A stretch of 63,493 bases of DNA, counting the filler, from Chiloscyllium plagiosum (lineage: Eukaryota): NCBI RefSeq assembly GCF_004010195.1. It is 6 parts of 6 records of this genome, joined end to end, with 100 filler letters (N's around TTAATTAATTAA, not from the genome) between each part and the next. Parts side by side here need not be neighbours in the genome. Positions count along the whole stretch, not along the records: positions 1 to 30,385 come from NC_057717.1; 5 more parts are not named here. One strand, given 5' to 3'. Position 1 is the stretch's first letter. Every line of letters begins with the position of its first letter. The position numbers were made by a program, and so were the translations under genes. The notes under the pieces are model-generated. The model was not told the DNA's origin and searched no databases. It worked only from the letters and a program-made list of their open reading frames with translations. Below are positions 1 to 12,719 of this stretch, one piece after another.

Positions 1-1825
1 GCAAGAAAATTAGAACATTATATTTTTGAAATTATATTTATATTTCTTGTTTCTTGTAAACTGTTTCAAGACAGACTTTGTGATTTAAGTAGAAAATTGC
101 GTTCTGAGTTTTGAATTTAAGGTTTGGATTAGACCAGTCCTCAATTGTTACTTTCAAATAAAACTCGCGCCCTAACGTATCTGGTTTCCCTTCATTTCCA
201 AATCCTTTGCGATTGGCCTTTCACTGAATATGAGGTTTAATGAAAGTTCAACTCCAAAGCTGATTGCATTGAATGAGGAAACTGGAGCAGTTTACTATCA
301 ACAACCATGCAAACATTTCTAAAGCAATGTAGAAATAAAAAAGAGCTTCATCAATATATTAGCTTAATTTTACCTGAGCACATTCTCTCATCAACTGAAC
401 AACGATTACCAAATCACAACACTGAGGATCAATGATGTGTTTGCAGCAAAACTGTCTCTTTGCAAGCATTTTCAACAGAACCAAGAACATTATGTAATCT
501 CACAACAAATATCCCAAATTGGAAACCATCAAAACTGCTCACCATCACACAAGCGAATAATTAAATCAAATAGAAATAAAAAGTCATAACAGTTGCCATG
601 GTTCTGGTATAACTTATTGAACAAAGCTTAAAGCTTTAACATTTTCGGCAACAAGTCAATTTGTTCTCAACCTGCATAGTATTTCTAATCATCTCAAACT
701 TGTGCAGTGCACAGTAGAGCAGTGGAAGGCATCTATTGATTAATAGCCTTAAGGTCAAAATAAAATTAGTTCAATGGACAAACATTATAATTGAATGTTA
801 TGATAAGTTAGTCTCAATTATGAAATCTGATGAATTCGGTAGCTTAAGATTTTAGTCCCAAATTTTATTTTGAATGAGGCTACTCAAAACAGACTTTAAC
901 TAGTTTAAAATGAGAACTGAGATTGTGTATATAAAAAAAGCTCTAAAAAGTCGTCGTTTTTTTTTTCATTTCTCACACTTCCGTGTTTCTGCCTTAAGTT
1001 GGTCTTCACACAGTTACAAACGAATATAGTGTTTTCAATCAATCAGAAAAAATATTGCCCCGCGTTTAACAAATGCAGAAACGATTCGGTTCAAACAAAG
1101 AACTTCTCAGATATTCGTAATTGAGAGTCATCCAGAGAGACAATCTCTTTTGCTGATAGAAAACACCGATTATTGAAAGCATGAAAGCGCAGTTCAATTC
1201 CACAAGATGAATCAACTCATTTCAACACAATCAAATAAAGCAAAGTCAGAACCCAATCAACTTTTCAACAGAAGCAAAGAAAACACATGCAGCATCCAAT
1301 CAAAAGAATGAAATGCAGCACCGCAAGAAGATTCCATGACAGTATCCAACGTGCTTGTCATCAACAAAATTAACAATTCAAATGACAAAATGCAATCATG
1401 GTAAGAGCATTATGCACCCAGGGAATATATTCAATAAATTAACATTTTTTCATCCTGTTTAGTGATATTTCCAACATCTTTAAGTTCTTGGCATTTGTTG
1501 TCGAGAATAAAACTCACAGATAGTGGGTGTCACTAAACTTTGCTTAAACCTGACTGATTGAGAGACTTTAGGTGTTTCAAGTAATCAGCCACACAGAATG
1601 CCCATCTGATTTAAAAAAAAATATATACACTGAGCATCTGAATCCGCCACCACGACTTCAGTCATTTTCTGAGACTTAATGTAAGTCCATTGTCAGTTTT
1701 AACAAAAATCAAACTGAAGCAAACCAAGCTCAGCACAGGATCTAAGTTTCATTTAATTCAGGAATTATTCACATGAATGGAACGCTAGCAAAAAATAAAG
1801 TCACTGAGAAAGTTCACATTCTTAC

Positions 1826-1873
1826 CTGAAGTCACCGTCACCATGGTCCCTTGGCCCCAGTAATCAAGATAAT
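1826..1873 (-). CDS. IGHJ: IgM JH gene segment, cluster 1 (YLDYWGQGTMVTVTS)
   Basis: WGQG motif, GTAAG splice donor at 1825-1821, and a flanking 23-RSS. Confidence 0.97.
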
Positions 1874-1912
1874 CACAGCGTTACATTCTCTGGACTGGGT
1901 CACACAATAACT
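1874..1912 (-). other. JH recombination signal sequence (23-bp spacer)
   Basis: CACAGCG 1874-1880, 23 nt, then ACAATAACT 1904-1912. Confidence 0.93.
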
Positions 1913-2064
1913 GACTTTGCATACAAACAAACAAAAACCTGCATTATTCTAAATATTCAGAACCACTGACAAAATGAAGTCGCGATAAATCTTCATCACA
2001 TTATAATTGTACAGTGGATACTGATCATTCTTATTAAATTATTATAATGTTTTATACTTCGCAG

Positions 2065-2134
2065 AGTTTTAGTATTGATCATAATTGCAGTGTCACCCCA
2101 GTATGTCACTGTGAGACACATTGTGTCAAATACT
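2065..2134 (-). other. IGHD: DH2 segment (2093-2106, ACATACTGGGGTGA) flanked by two 12-RSS
   Basis: agttttagt-12-tgcagtg (2065-2092), a 14-nt D, then cactgtg-12-tcaaatact (2107-2134). This matches the shark 12/12 D2 layout. Confidence 0.92.
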
Positions 2135-2442
2135 ACGGCGGGCTGCAAACTGTAAAATGCAGATATTTAATTTCATCAATTCCTGGAAAGAAGTGATCCA
2201 GACTCCTCAAAAAATTATTTAGTGGAATTATTCAACTTTTTCTATTCATTGTATTTTAAAAGTTCTGAATACTTTTGCAGGTTCAGCGTGCATTAATGTA
2301 GCCATAAATATGAGGAAAGTAGAATAATTTTATAAATTTGTCCAAACTCGTCACTCCTGCATGGGATTTAAATTAAGTCTCACATTATTTTCTCGCTCCT
2401 TCAATTTTAGTCATCACCAACTTGAGACAAACCATTGTCAGT

Positions 2443-2522
2443 GGTTTTTGTATGAGGGTGTCACTATCGACATCACTGTGACCCACTGTAGTATCACAGC
2501 GATTCAGACCCTTACATTTCCT
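2443..2522 (-). other. IGHD: DH1 segment (2481-2494, ATACTACAGTGGGT) with a 5' 12-RSS and a 3' 22-RSS
   Basis: ggtttttgt-22-cactgtg (2443-2480), a 14-nt D, then cacagcg-12-acatttcct (2495-2522). This matches the shark 12/22 D1 layout. Confidence 0.93.
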
Positions 2523-2879
2523 GGAAGACACTCTGGGTCTCAATTTTCATGTGAAATAGACATTTAGTGCTGATAGTGTTTAGAATTAACGGCATGGTTG
2601 ACAGAACACGCTTACCAGACATTTCCCGAACTGTGAGATACATTAAAACTAACATCATGTCCAAGCATTTAATTGGTGGAAGAGAAAGCAGCACATACGA
2701 CATGCCAAAAACATTGTCCCATGATATCACCCAGTTTGTTAGTTTCAATGGTATGTTTCCTCTATGATAGGGTTGTAAAAGGCAGCCCGAGGTGTGCTTC
2801 AGATGGTTGGTTGAACTGAATTTAAAACGGGAACTGACCGTCAGTTAACGATGAAATTGGCAAAATGTCCCATTGAACT

Positions 2880-2918
2880 GTTGGTTGAAAGGGTCCAGCC
2901 CTGGTTCCTCACGCTGTG
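2880..2918 (-). other. VH 23-RSS with degenerate nonamer
   Basis: On the minus strand: CACAGCG (2918-2912), 23 nt, then TCAACCAAC. Confidence 0.8.
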
Positions 2919-3223
2919 GTATGTTGTACAGTAATAGATGGCGGTGTCTTCGATCTTCAGGCTCTTCATCTCCAACGCGAAGATGTTGTTTGAATGGTCT
3001 TTGGACGCAGTAAATCGATTCTTAATCGCTGGGGCATAGTTACTGTTGGATGAACTTTTGTAATTAAGCAGCCACTCCAGCCCCTGTCCGGGAACCTGTC
3101 GGACCCAGTGCATCCAGTAACTGGTAAGATAGAAGCCGCTGGTTTTACAGGTCAGTCTCAGGGTGGCTCCGGGATTACCACTCTCTGTCTCTGGTTGAGT
3201 TAAAACGATCTCCGACTGGACAC
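2919..3223 (-). CDS. IGHV: IgM VH exon, cluster 1, open frame ([42 protein letters not shown]...[11 protein letters not shown])
   Basis: AG acceptor at 3225-3224, both conserved Cys plus WVRQ and DTAIYYC, and an end at the heptamer. The framework is typical of shark IgM VH. Confidence 0.97.
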
Positions 3224-3350
3224 CTTTAAAAATGAAAAAAAAACCCCATGAGAATTAATGCTGATACAATGATGCCTGAGTCTTTTACATTTCTGAGGCA
3301 GACTAACATTGAGACAGTAACAAAGAGAGACATGAACAAAAAACACTCAC

Positions 3351-3399
3351 ATGATAAGAATGTCAGTAACAAACTGAGAAAAATTGTTGACTTAATCAT
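3351..3399 (-). CDS. IGHV: VH leader exon, cluster 1 ([17 protein letters not shown])
   Basis: ATG at 3399, a hydrophobic 49-nt exon, and a GTGAG donor. The phase-1 end joins the GT of the V exon to make Cys. Confidence 0.93.
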
Positions 3400-3486
3400 T
3401 CTGAATACTTGTGGAAAACGGATCTGTCAAGAGCTTTCTAAACCAACCAAATCCAGGATAGTTGAACTAAAGCACAGTGACCCGGA

Positions 3487-3492
3487 TTTATA
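3487..3492 (-). promoter_or_regulatory. Putative VH TATA box
   Basis: TATAAA on the minus strand about 90 nt upstream of the ATG, conserved in copy 2 (25820-25825). Confidence 0.6.
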
Positions 3493-6400
3493 TGATCATC
3501 AGGAGGAGCAGGTTTTCAGGTTCCGCCTGTTGGTTTCCTGCTGGAGGCTGAGACTGGATTCACGTAGCACCTTGCACAGCCCTTACAGATAGGTTCATAT
3601 TTACACGAGATTATTCTTAAAGGTGGAAATATACACATCTTGGGATATTGTTTTGCTGATTAGCCTGCTAGAAAGTGTTTTTTGAATGGGGAAAGTGAAA
3701 TTTAACAGCTTGAAGTATTTTCCAGATGAAATTTTCAGATATTTTGTTTAAAACAACAAAACAAATTCAATTGGAAGTCAGCTCTCTGTATTTTCACATG
3801 CATTCACGAGTAAATAAAACTAAAATCAAAGTTCGAAGATATTATCAGCCAAATAATTAACTGGCCATACTTTTTTCTGGACACTCCAAGTCTCTGCCAC
3901 ACTACAAAATAACTTGTAAATCATACCAGATGTTTCTAAATTCACTTTATGCAACTGAATATAAAGCGTGTTCAAAGTGATTATGTATAGAATATTCAAT
4001 TGGAAATTAACTCCCTTTAATTCTACATTCAACCACAAGCAGAAAAAGCTAAAACGAAGTTCAATACCATTGTCAGACAATACAATTAGTGACTTTATTT
4101 CTGCAACCACTCCAAGTTTCTCTCAAATTCCAAAATAAGATATCATTTGTATTTGGCGTTTCTAAATTCAGTTTAGGCAAACTAATGTCGAGCATGTCTA
4201 AAATTAATATGTTAAGAATGTGTGTGTATGTCACTAAACTGTTTGGACACGGAGATTAGAAGAACCTCACCATATTTCAGAATCTCTCTCCTTGTATCTT
4301 TTTTTAACATGCACCGACCACAAGATAGATATTTGAAAATGTATTGTAAAGGAAAGCTGTGTGCCCGAGAAATGAAAAGTGGATTGACAGTGATACGGAA
4401 CACTCAGGTAAACCTTTGAAAGAGAATCTAATAAAGTGGAGCAGGCTGGTGAGAAGTTAGTAAATATTTCTCAACATCTAAACCATTGCAGGTAACTGTT
4501 TGGGTACATCAGGAGTGTCTGGCAAGTACAGAGTATTACATCAATAATTTCCACGGATGTAGGTCAAAAACAGCACATTTCTCCGCGCATTGGTAACTGT
4601 GACACGGGACTTTCAACGAGTAGAAATCAGCGAAAACTATGCATTACACTACACCAGTGCTCACTATGTATAAATGGCCCATTCGGTTTTAATGAGATGC
4701 AATAATCAGAGAATGGTGCAACAGGTTATGCGAGTTCAAGCCAATTCAAGTTTGTCAATTTACATTGAGAAAATGACAAATGTTAGTGCCATGTGGGAGT
4801 TTGGGTCCATTAACGTCATATTCAAGAGCTTTAAAAATCCTCAATACAAACGGTTTACTAACTAGGCTGATTTTCAGCCCGAATTAATATAAATGTCTGT
4901 CATGCAGTCAATTTCCTGTTTTCTGATTGTTACACAGTGAATGCTGTGTTGAGTGGCCATCCTTGTTAAAGAAGAAATGCCAAGTGAAATGTGTCAATTT
5001 TGGGCAAACGGGAAAATATAGTTTGTTTGATTAGATTTTGTTTTAGTTTATTCATACTGCCTTTAATCTGCCAGATGCAGTAGTTGGCAGATTAAGCCGA
5101 CTGCAGAAATGGTTCTCGAGCTTCCAGTTTCATTTACCGGAAGCATCTGGAGTCTCTGCAGTAGATCAAAGATATTTTGTCTCACTGTTGAGCACTTGCC
5201 AGAAAGCCAACGTCAAACCATAACGACTGCCTCGGCATAAATAAATCTACTCAGCAGCAATGCTACAGAAAATATTAATTTTCAGCTTTGCAACTTGGAG
5301 AACTGGTCCCTTTTCTCATTAAAACAAATATTCACAGAGTCTCAGTCACAACCGAAAGTCCAAAATTTGACTGGAGGATCACTACAGCACTCTATGAAAT
5401 TGAGAAAAAAAACAGATAGATAGCTGTTCATGGGGTCATGGAGAGAAATCACTTAGAAACAGACCCTTCGGTCCAAACAGTCCATGGGCAATCATAATCC
5501 CAAACTAATCTAATCTCACCTGTATTGGCCCATATCCTCCCAAACAGCTCGTATTCATGGACTTAACTAAAAGTCTTTTAAAATTTATAACTGAATTCAT
5601 ATCTAACTCTTCTTCTGGAAAAGAATTCCTCACATGAACCATTCTCACATGCCGCTGATATCATTTTAAAACTTTTCTCCTCTCACCTTAAAAAAATGTT
5701 CTCTTCTCTTGAAATCCCCCACCCTAGGGAAAAGACATTTGCCATTTTCCTTACCACTCATGACTTTTACAAACTTGTACAAGGTCACCTCTCGAACTCT
5801 TACCCTCCAGTGAAAGAAGTTCCAACCACCTGGATTTCCAACAGCGGTTCGTGCCTCACATTTTCCCGTGTGTTTAAATTAGAGATCCTCCTGCCTTCCC
5901 AGGTCCACATATTACATTTCTTGATATTATTTCAAAGAGTTGAAAGGGACTTGTCCTTCCTGTATTGTTCGATTTTATTTTGCTCCAAACATCATCACAA
6001 AATCAGTTGTCCATATCATTGTTGATTCATGTGAGATCTCTGTGCGCACAATGTCGACTGAAATAACTACATTACCATCCTGAATGTACTTCACAAGTGC
6101 ACCTCTTGTTCACAAACGTAATTAGACACCAGGGAACAGTGAATACCCTCTCTGCACGCCGCCACACCTTCGCCCTTTGTGAAAACCATATTGTCAGTAT
6201 TAAGTAAAATAAACATATTTTGTTTTAACTTTCTTAATTCATGTTGCTGATCTTGTCTGAAAAAAGGGATGTTGTTGTCAGCATTTCTGGGGAACATGTG
6301 TGCATTAATTTTCATGTTAACTTAAATTTAATAAGTAAGTCAAAAACAGTTAAAATAACTCGAGAAACGACTATTAGAAACGGGTCATTAAGATTCTCAG

Positions 6401-8226
6401 GGCTGCACCATCTGTTTGAATACTGATATAGTTCTGCCTACAGTTTTCCCATAAGCCAGCATTTAATAGCATTGGATATTATGTCTGTGTGGACAATGGA
6501 TTTGACCTTACACAATGATCCCGACTGTAATGGCTCCGCATTGCCGTTCGCACTATTTCCATCATATTTTGACGTGAATACAAGTAATTTCCACAGTTGC
6601 TGGTGAAGTGATAGTTTACACAATTTCAGGTAACGTTAATTAAACAAAACAGAAGAACAATGACAATTGAAACAAAAATTACGACATCCATGCAGACATA
6701 CTCGTGGGCACACACACACATCTGACCACTTCATTACTGTCAGAATGGAAGTATTTTCGAATGAGTCTCGGAGGATGCTGCTAAGACTGGAAGAAAGCAG
6801 TAATAGCGAAATTCTAGTTCGCCTGGAGCTGTTCATTTGGAGCAGAGGAGGTTGAGGGATATTTTTCTTAAGAAACACTCAAGTGTTATGCATGGATAAA
6901 ACATAAGTGATAGACAGCAATCTCACAAGGAACATTCGGGAAACTCACAATCTGAAAGGATAGTAGATGCAGGAACACTCAAATCATTAAAAATGAACTT
7001 GGATATATACTTCATGTGCTATAACCTGAAGAGTTTCGAGTAATATACTATGAAGTGGGTGTAGGTTGGGAGGTTCTGTATTTACGTGGCACAGGCCTGA
7101 TGGGCGAAGTGATCCCTCTCTGTCATTAAACATTTCTATTACTCTAAATCCACCATTCCTAATTCGAAGGCTGTAATTCATATGATTTATACGGGAAATG
7201 TTTCAAACTTTCGTTTCAATGATTTCCCAAATCAATAAACTCCATCCGACACTCTGTCTGTGATGTGGAAATTAATGGTCGAGTTAATGATCACAAATAC
7301 TGCCTGGCATAACATCCCTTTTTTCAAATAATGACTTGGAGATGCCGGTGTTGGACTGGGGTGTAGAAAGTGAAAACTTACACCACACCAGGTTATAGTT
7401 CAACAGGTTATTTGGAAGCACTACCTTTTGAAGCGCTGCTCCTTCATCAGGTGGTTGTGGATTACAACATTGTAAGACACAGAATTTGCAGCAAAAGTTT
7501 ACAATGTGAATGCAACTTTAAGAATGTTCTGCGATTTACATATGAAAGAACTGAAACCAACATGTTCATTCTAAAAGATGAGAAAATTAAGACAATCCAG
7601 TTAAATATTTAATTTAAGTTTCTCAATTTTTAGAATGAACATGTTGGTTTCAGTTCTTACATATGTAAATCGCAGAACATTCTTAAAGTTACATTCTCAA
7701 GTGAACTTTAACAATTAGTGTCATGTCGGCCCAGCTCATGCATTTAACTTCTGAGGTATCCTCTGTGAGACTGTCTGTGACACAATGTTCAGGCTGATTC
7801 TGATCTAGAAAAAGGATTTACAGAATATTACATGGATTCGTGCAGCTTTTGAGAAAAATAAAATGTAATTCTGCAAGTAACAATTCACCCGACAAATTTC
7901 TCTGTGTGTGTGTGTGTATTTGTGTAAGTGTATGGGGGGAGGATATGAGCGTTCGTGTGAGCGTGTGTGTATGTGTGTGATTGTGAGTGTAAAAGGGTAT
8001 AACTCTGTGAGAGGCTGCACGTCTGGCCATGTGAGTGTGTGAGTGTATGAGAGAGAGATCTTGTGCATGAGAGGACCCACATGAGTGTATTTGTATGATT
8101 GTGTATGCATGTAGGGGCGTGTGTCTAGAAATGTGTGTGGCTGTGGCTGTGTCTGTGTGTGTGCATGCGTCTGTATGTGTGCGCATGTCTTTATCTGGGT
8201 GTACATCTGTTTGTGTGTGTGTGAAT

Positions 8227-9358
8227 ATAGAACATAGAACATAGAACATAGAAGAATACAGCGCAGTACAGGCCCTTTGGCCCTCGATGTTGCGCCGATC
8301 CAAGCCCACCTAACCTATACTAACCCACTATCCTCCATATACCTATCCAATGCCCGCTTAAATGCCCATAAAGAGGGAGAGTCCACCACTGCTACTGGCA
8401 GGGCATTCCATGAACTTACGACTCGCTGAGTGAAGAACCTACCCCTAACTTCAGTCCAATATCTACCCCCCNNNNNNNNNNNNNNNNNNNNNNNNNNNNN
8501 NNNNNNNNNNNNNNNNNNNNNNNNNNNNNNNNNNNNNNNNNNNNNNNNNNNNNNNNNNNNNNNNNNNNNNNNNNNNNNNNNNNNNNNNNNNNNNNNNNNN
8601 NNNNNNNNNNNNNNNNNNNNNNNNNNNNNNNNNNNNNNNNNNNNNNNNNNNNNNNNNNNNNNNNNNNNNNNNNNNNNNNNNNNNNNNNNNNNNNNNNNNN
8701 NNNNNNNNNNNNNNNNNNNNNNNNNNNNNNNNNNNNNNNNNNNNNNNNNNNNNNNNNNNNNNNNNNNNNNNNNNNNNNNNNNNNNNNNNNNNNNNNNNNN
8801 NNNNNNNNNNNNNNNNNNNNNNNNNNNNNNNNNNNNNNNNNNNNNNNNNNNNNNNNNNNNNNNNNNNNNNNNNNNNNNNNNNNNNNNNNNNNNNNNNNNN
8901 NNNNNNNNGCAAACTTGCTTACCCAACCTTCTAACCCCTCTTCCAGGTCATTTATAAAAATGACAAACAGCAATGGTCCCAAAACAGATCCTTGCGGAAC
9001 ACCGCTAGTGACGGCACTCCATGAAGAAACTTTGCCATCAACTACTACCCTCTGTCTTCTTCCATCCAGCCAATTCCTAATCCAAACTCCAACTCACCCT
9101 CAATGCCATATCTCCATATTTTCTGCAGTAGCCTACCATGGGGAACCTTATCAAACGCCTTACTAAAATCCATATATACCACATCTACCGCTTTCCCCTC
9201 GTCAACCTCCTTCGTCACCTTTTCAAAGAATTCAATAAGGTTTGTGAGGCACGACCTGCCCTTCACAAAACCATGCTGACTATCCTTGATCACATTATTC
9301 CTATCCAGATGTGCATAAATCCTATCCCTTACAATTCTCTCTAAGACTTTGCCCACAA
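8227..9358 (-). mobile_element. CR1-clade LINE (HER1-like), 5'-truncated, young
   Basis: RT motifs QHGFVKGRSCLTNL, DFSKAFDKVPH and [12 protein letters not shown]-terminal FFTQRVV..WNALP, and a (TTCTATG)n-type tail. Confidence 0.92.
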
Positions 9359-9872
9359 ATGGGGGAGGTTATGAGCGAGTGTGTGTGTAGTGCAGTGGGG
9401 TCATCTGTAGTGTGACATGAACCCAAAGTCCCTTTTGAAGCCATCTCCACAGGTACTGAATTTGGCTATCAGCCTCTGCTCGGCCAGTTTGCTTTGGTGC
9501 CCATCCCGAAGTTCACCTTGGAGGACGATCACACGAAGATCCAAGGTCGAATGTCCTGGACCACTGATGGGTTCACCGTCTGGAAGGGAACACTCCTGTC
9601 TGTTAATTGTTGTGTGGTGTCCATTCATATGTTGCAGTAGCTTCTGCTCATTCCCACCAAAGTATTATGCCACATAGCATTCTTGCCTACAGTGTGTGAG
9701 ATAGACAACGTTGGATGAGTCACATGCGTGCCTGAAATGTACACACACAAAGAGAGAAAATCAGATACACACCCAAACACTGACACACACACAGGCACAC
9801 ACACACAGATACAGATGCACACACTCCTACATACACACATTCCTACAGACCATCAAACATTCCTACAGATAC

Positions 9873-10396
9873 ATAATTTGAGGAAAGACATTCTGGCTTT
9901 TGATGGAGTGCAGTGTAGGTTCACGAGGTCAATTCCCAGAATGGCGGGATTATCTTACGTTGAAAGATTGGAGCGACTGGGATTTTATACGCTTGAGTTT
10001 AGAAGGCTGAGAGGCGATCTGATTGAGATGTATAAGATTATTAAAGGATCATACACTCTGGAGTCAGGAAGCATGTTTCCGCTGATGGGTGAGTCACGAA
10101 CCAGAGGACACAGCTTAAAAATAACGGGTAGGCCACTTAGAACAGACTTGAGGAGAAACTTCTTCACCCAGAGAGTGGTGGGTGTATGGAATGCTCTGCC
10201 CCAGAAGGCTGTGAAGGCCAAGTCACTGGATACTTTCAAGAAAGAGTTGGATAGAGCTCTTAAGGATAGTTGAATCAAGGGTTAGGGGGATAAGGCAAGA
10301 ACAGGATACTGATTGAAGATGATCAGCCATGATCATAATGAATGGTGGTGGTGGCTCGAAGGGCAGAATGGCCTACTCCTGCACCTATTGTCTATT
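9873..10396 (+). mobile_element. CR1 LINE 3' fragment
   Basis: LEFRRLRGDLIEMYKI...RTRGHSLK...FFTQRVVGVWNALP. Confidence 0.9.
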
Positions 10397-11926
10397 ACTC
10401 ACACGGGCTCCCTCATGACACAAGCTTTCTCTCATACGGTCGCACGTACACTCCCACATTCACATGCATCCACTCACAGACTTATACCCCTTTCCACTCA
10501 CACTCGTACTCACACACATATGCACACTCTCTCACACTCTCCACCCCTCCGTGACCCACACACAAAGAAGTTTGTGAGTTGAATTTGTACTTGCAGAATT
10601 AGATTTTATTTTGCTCAAAAATTGCCTGAATCCATGTAAGATTCTATAAATCAGTTATTTTTTAAGATGAGAATCAGTTTTTTTTTAGATTAGAATCACT
10701 CTCATGGACAGTCTCGCACAGAGCCCCTCACACCTTAATCGCATTATCTGGGCCGACATGATACCAATTGTTAAAGTTCACTTGAGAATGTAATTTTGAA
10801 AAGTTCGGCGATTTACATATGAAAGAATTGAAACCAATATGATCATTCTAAAAGATGAGAGACTTAGCAAACAATCCAGGTATTTTTCATTACATAATTT
10901 CAATTATATCACACGGTAAAATTTTGCTATAAATTCTGTGTCTTGCGATCTTGTACTCCAAACCATCTGATAAAGGAGCTGCTCTTCGAAAACTAGTGCT
11001 TCCAAATAAGACTTGTTGGACTATAACCTGGAGCTGTGTGATTTTTAAGTTTATTCAAGTAAGGTCAATAAATTAAATTGACAAAGTGAAAAGCACACTC
11101 CATACATCAGACAGTTTCATGTCTCAGTAGACACAACTTAAAATTCAGAACATTGTAGTGAAGAAAGGTGAGCCCTCCTAACATTGGAAATTATTTTGTT
11201 TGATAAAATAATCCATCGTAGACATGCTTAGAGTAATTCCTTCGAACCAACTTGTTTATTTTTTTTTGCCGGGTAACACACGAGATGTTACTTTAATCCG
11301 ATTGATGTGAACCATTTACACGTCAAAAGTTATTTGAAAACGTTCTGCACAACTGACATGCCAGCAAAGTTTAGAAATTATGGATCAAAATGGGCAGTTG
11401 TTTTTTTTTCGACTCAAGGAAGATCCATAGTGATGGTTTGCAGGTGGAAGTGTATGGACCTGTGACTGCTTTCATTTATAGTTTTGACTAAGCTCTTGGC
11501 AAACAATGAACAGCTTCTCAAGTTGCTATAACACGAACCTACCAATCATTGGGATCCAGGAAGACGGTAATACAAAATTTAGTAAGGACCGAGCGAGGTT
11601 TGCAGATGGGACGATGAGGTGACAATGACATTTAGCACAGGGATTTTTGACGTAATGAATTTAGCTAGTAAGGACACAGAAACACAAATGCATGTCTCTG
11701 TTTGTATTTCCACACACTATAAATTACTTTTCTATTATATTCTAAAATACTGGTGTCTTTGTCTGTTGGTAGTTAATACACCATGTCTTCTCCTGGTCTA
11801 AGATAGTTTCTTTATTTATTGAATACAAGACTCTATCTAAAATGCGCTGGACTTTCTCTCAGTAGTGACCCAACTCGTGTCAGCTTATATCACTGGATGT
11901 GCTTTTTCAGCAATTCAATCTCTGCT

Positions 11927-12190
11927 TGATTTGGAGATGCTGGTGTTGGACCGTGATTTACAAAGTTAAAAATCACACATCACCAGGTTATAGTCCAATA
12001 GGTTCATTTGGAAGCACTAGCTTTCGGAGAGCTGCTCCTTCATCGGGTGGTTGTAGAGTATAAGACCATAAGACACAGAATTTATGCCAAAGGTTTATAG
12101 TGTGACCTAACTGAAATTGTATATTGAAAAGGACCTGGATTGTTTGTTAAGTCTCTCATATTTTAGAATGAACATGTTGGTGTCAGTTTC
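11927..12190 (-). mobile_element. Penelope-like terminal repeat fragment with a degenerate hammerhead motif
   Basis: Homologous to 7332-7500 and 36172-36400. Confidence 0.75.
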
Positions 12191-12304
12191 GTTTTGGGTG
12201 GCATGGTGGCACAGTGGTTAGCACTGCTGCCTTACAATATAAGAAACCTGAGTTCAATCCCTGTCGCTGGGGACTGGGACTGCTGTTCATTAGGGGCATC
12301 AAGT

Positions 12305-12715
12305 CATAGAGTTATGCAGTTCTCAACCAGACTTTTTGGTTCAACTCATCCATGCTGAACAGATATTTGAACTTAATTCGCCCCATATGCCAGCACTTAC
12401 CCCATATCTCTCTGAAACCTTCGTACTCATGTAACCACCCAGATTCTTTTTAAATATTTCAATTGGACCAGCCTCCACCACTTTCTCTGGCAGCTCAATC
12501 CATGCACGTACCACCCTCTGCGTAAAACCGTGTTCCTTTAGAACCCTTCTATATCTTACCCCTCTCACCTTAAATTTATGCCCAGTAGTTCAGGACTCCC
12601 AAACACCAGGGAAAATCCCTTGTCTATTTATCGTATCCATGTTCATCATAATTTTACAAACTTCTATAAGATCACCCCTAAGCTTCCAACTCTTTGGGGT
12701 AAACAGCCCCAGAAA
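12305..12715 (-). mobile_element. CR1 LINE 3' fragment
   Basis: FTQRVVRAWIELPEKVVEAG. Confidence 0.85.
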
Positions 12716-12719
12716 ATTT

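Larger units (their letters stand above)
1..7964. repeat. Segmental duplication copy 1 (direct repeat of 21963-30385): J-C intron part, VDDJ minilocus and about 4.5 kb of upstream DNA
   Basis: The window start gcaagaaaattagaacatta recurs at 21963. The copies are colinear up to gttcgtgtgagcgt (7964 / 30385). The V exons differ at 12 of 305 nt by eye. Confidence 0.97.
7332..11049. mobile_element. Penelope-like element with inverted terminal repeats, a GIY-YIG endonuclease remnant (about 9390-9730) and nested CR1 insertions
   Basis: The left arm (about 7370-7920) and right arm (about 10560-11049) are inverted copies. There is a 13-bp imperfect TSD, ttttttcaaataa 7319-7331 / tttattcaagtaa 11050-11062. 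The remnant reads MNGH...AEQRLIAKF...RDFGFMSHY. Confidence 0.8.

Noticed and set aside
2919-3223. IgNAR, IgW or TCR-associated V
   Set aside because: The framework sequence, the two-D 12/22 plus 12/12 layout, the WGQG JH and the C-mu1-type exon in the paralogous unit all fit IgM.
3473-3479. Perfect heptamer CACAGTG in the VH promoter (also 25806-25812)
   Set aside because: No nonamer at 12 or 23 nt spacing.
3826-7181. Short ORFs conserved between the two duplicated copies upstream of VH
   Set aside because: Recent duplication explains the conservation. Frames break differently in each copy, and parts are decayed CR1.
7805-8309. His/Thr-rich ORFs
   Set aside because: They are translations of (CA)n-rich microsatellite within a Penelope element.
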